11,140 nucleotides of DNA from Azolla caroliniana. Lineage: Eukaryota; Plantae; Polypodiophyta. The notes beneath the pieces were generated by a model that was given only the letters and a program-made list of their open reading frames with translations, was not told the DNA's origin and searched no databases. Made by a program: the position numbers and the translations under genes. How positions within the stretch are numbered: the first letter of the stretch is position 1; each line of letters opens with the position of its first letter. Where the stretch lies: the NCBI GenBank assembly GCA_043228905.1, contig JBHGNT010001186.1, positions 1 to 11,140 on the forward strand. The letters are read 5' to 3'. Positions 9,194 through 11,140 of the stretch are shown piece after piece.

Positions 9194-9407
9194 TGTTGAG
9201 AATGATTAAAGTTATAGCCAAAATGGCTAGTCCAACGGCTAGTCAACCCCAACAACTAGTTATCCCAACATCCAGATATTGGCCTTTAAGAGGAACCTTC
9301 TCCTCATGTAAAAAGTTATCTGTGTTTTTCTCTCTCCTATTGTGACATATATGTATATTCTTGAGAATAAAGGTGTTTTTCTCATTTTTCAATATGGTAT
9401 CAGAGCC
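9194..9407 (+). mobile_element. 5' end of an LTR retrotransposon: ~201-bp LTR (9194-9394) plus tRNA-iMet primer-binding site (9395-9407); truncated or non-autonomous, copia/TRIM-like
   Basis: Starts TGTTGAGAAT and ends TTTTTCAATA, a degenerate inverted repeat of the start. Contains GGCTAGTC(C)AAC subrepeats and an AATAAA near the end. Followed directly by TGGTATCAGAGCC, the canonical plant initiator-Met PBS. No second LTR or gag/pol ORF recognised. Confidence 0.75.
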
Positions 9408-9964
9408 TAGATCCTCCCCTTTGCCAAACCCTACATTTGTCCCTCTGCTGGTGTAATAGTGATCGGAACAACACTGTCCTAGCATCCAAGAGAGGAAAGG
9501 GAGGCTTCTCCTTCTAGGATGACAGTGATATGTGAATGAGAGGTGACTTCAAAAAAGAAGTCAAAAGAGGAGAGAAGAGATAGTCTAGGTTCAGAAGATG
9601 GATGAGGTGTTGTCAAATTTGAACTAGGATAAGGTGAAAACGTTGGTGAAATACATGAAGCATGTTGAGAACACAACCACCACCTTGACTTCCAGAAGGA
9701 GGACGTGGGCAAACTAGAGGTCACGGTCGTGCCGATTGTTATTTGCATGCTCTACTTTTCCTCTAGCACATTATGCTAACAAAAACATAATCATAAAAAA
9801 TCCTTAACCACTCACTTTTAGCACAAGCTTTTACCAATTGAGCTAAGGCATTTTGTTGTATTTAAATACAAGTCATTATATGTCCTTCTTACCACACCCT
9901 TGCCCTATCATTTAACCTTTCTCATATTCCTAGTTTAACTTATTTCTTCCTATGCACTCCCCCC

Positions 9965-10299
9965 TAAGAGTTGGCAACGACTAGGCTCAAGCCTAAACCG
10001 AGTCGTTAAACCATTTTTAAATGGTTTGGGACTTTGGTTGTTTGATTCAGTTCCGGTTTGAGCTTCCCAAACTACTTTGAGTTTGGTTTGGCAAGGCCCA
10101 AGCCGAACCGAACTATTTTGGGCCAAAACGGTTCCCAAACCAGTCCCTAAACTGGTATAAGCTTAACTAGTTTGGCCAAACTATTGAAGCCTTAACCAAT
10201 TTAGGAATCGATTCGATTCAAGTTTGAAAACCTCCAAACCGGTTTGGTTTAGGCAAGGCCAAACTGGTTAAGCCAAAATCGAACCATTGCCGATTCCTA
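9965..10299. mobile_element. Non-autonomous hAT-like MITE, 335 bp
   Basis: Imperfect 15-bp TIRs: TAAGAGTTGGCAACG (9965-9979) and CATTGCCGATTCCTA (10285-10299), 11/15 match with all mismatches being transitions. Candidate 8-bp TSD CTCCCCCC (9957-9964) / CTCCGCAC (10300-10307), 6/8 match. The interior is dense in AAACC(G)/GGTTT motifs. Confidence 0.7.
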
Positions 10300-10552
10300 C
10301 TCCGCACATCACGACAACATGGTGCAATCTATGCTCTTTTTTCTTTTTGTGCAACCTCGACAAGCTAGACATCAAGTTATTAACCCCACATTTCTTTTCT
10401 TGTGACCATTGAGAAATAGGCATGAACGAGAAATGAAAGCCATTAGTCCTATACTTCTTTGCTACCTTTGGGAGAATTCATCGAATGAATGTACTCACGA
10501 CTAAGATGCTATTGATTCCTCTTTTCTTGCGATCAATGAGAACCCACAACAT

Positions 10553-10977
10553 GAGCATGGCTTTGGTGTCCATGAGTATGAACAAAGCCCCTAGAAACAG
10601 AAGTATTTAGTTAGGACTAGACTAGCCTGCACTCTATTGGCGAATCCGTGTTTTTTTTCCCCAAAAAATCGCAAATCCATTTTATGCTTAACCCTCAGAT
10701 TGATGTACGCTTCGTAAGATGACTCTGTTTCTGATTTGGGACAGAACATGGCAGAATAAACAGAGCATGGCTTTGGTGTCCATGAGTATGAACAAAGCCC
10801 CTAGAAACAGAAGTATTTAGTTAGAACTAGACCAGCCTGCACTCTATTGGCAAATCCGTTTTTTTCCCCCCAAAAAATGGCAAATCCATTTTATGCTTAA
10901 CCCTCAGATTGATGTACTCTTCCTAAGATGACTCTGTTTCTGATTTGGGACAGAACATGGCAGATCAAACAGAGCAT
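10553..10977. repeat. Direct tandem duplication of a ~210-bp unit (2 copies)
   Basis: GAGCATGGCTTTGGTGTCCATGAG starts at 10553 and 10763, and a third GAGCAT occurs at 10972-10977. The copies differ by about 10 substitutions or indels. Confidence 0.95.
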
Positions 10978-11140
10978 TGTGAAAAACAAGAGGCTCCTAT
11001 TAATAGATGTAGATTGGCCATCCTAAACATGGGAATACAAAGAGAAAACAGGGGAAAAGAAAATTATGGTATCAACACTTAAGCAGAAATGAAGAGAATG
11101 TCTAAAGAAGATTTCAATGTTGTGGCATTTCTCAAAGGTT

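Noticed and set aside
8828-10138. Short ORFs 8828-9070, 9243-9485, 9479-9748 and 9950-10138
   Set aside because: They have no recognisable motifs, and most overlap LTR, MITE or relic sequence. They are likely chance ORFs.
10897-11063. Possible minus-strand exon after a pyrimidine tract and TTTAG acceptor (AG at 11024-11023)
   Set aside because: The longest frame is about 41 codons with no recognisable homology. It cannot be supported without RNA-seq.
11067-11074. Second PBS-like TGGTATCA
   Set aside because: Only 8 nt match, and no LTR end precedes it.

Overview
The window looks like eukaryotic, most likely plant nuclear, DNA with no credible protein-coding gene. Bases 1-8488 are the right-hand end of a head-to-tail tandem array with a 1185-bp unit: 7 full copies plus a 193-bp partial copy, all apparently identical. 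Each unit carries two intact, intronless, CCA-less tRNA-Arg genes on the + strand, one with anticodon ACG and one with TCG, giving 14 tRNA genes. The two genes differ at only 6 of 73 nt, including a compensatory base-pair change, so the TCG gene looks like an anticodon-shifted duplicate of the ACG gene. Together the pair could decode all four CGN codons. The unit is very CpG-rich, and neither gene has an adjacent oligo-T terminator. The AT-rich flank (8489-11140) holds a (TA)13(GA)10 microsatellite, a diverged relic of the array spacer, a ~200-bp LTR with a tRNA-iMet primer-binding site, a 335-bp hAT-like MITE and a ~210-bp tandem duplication.
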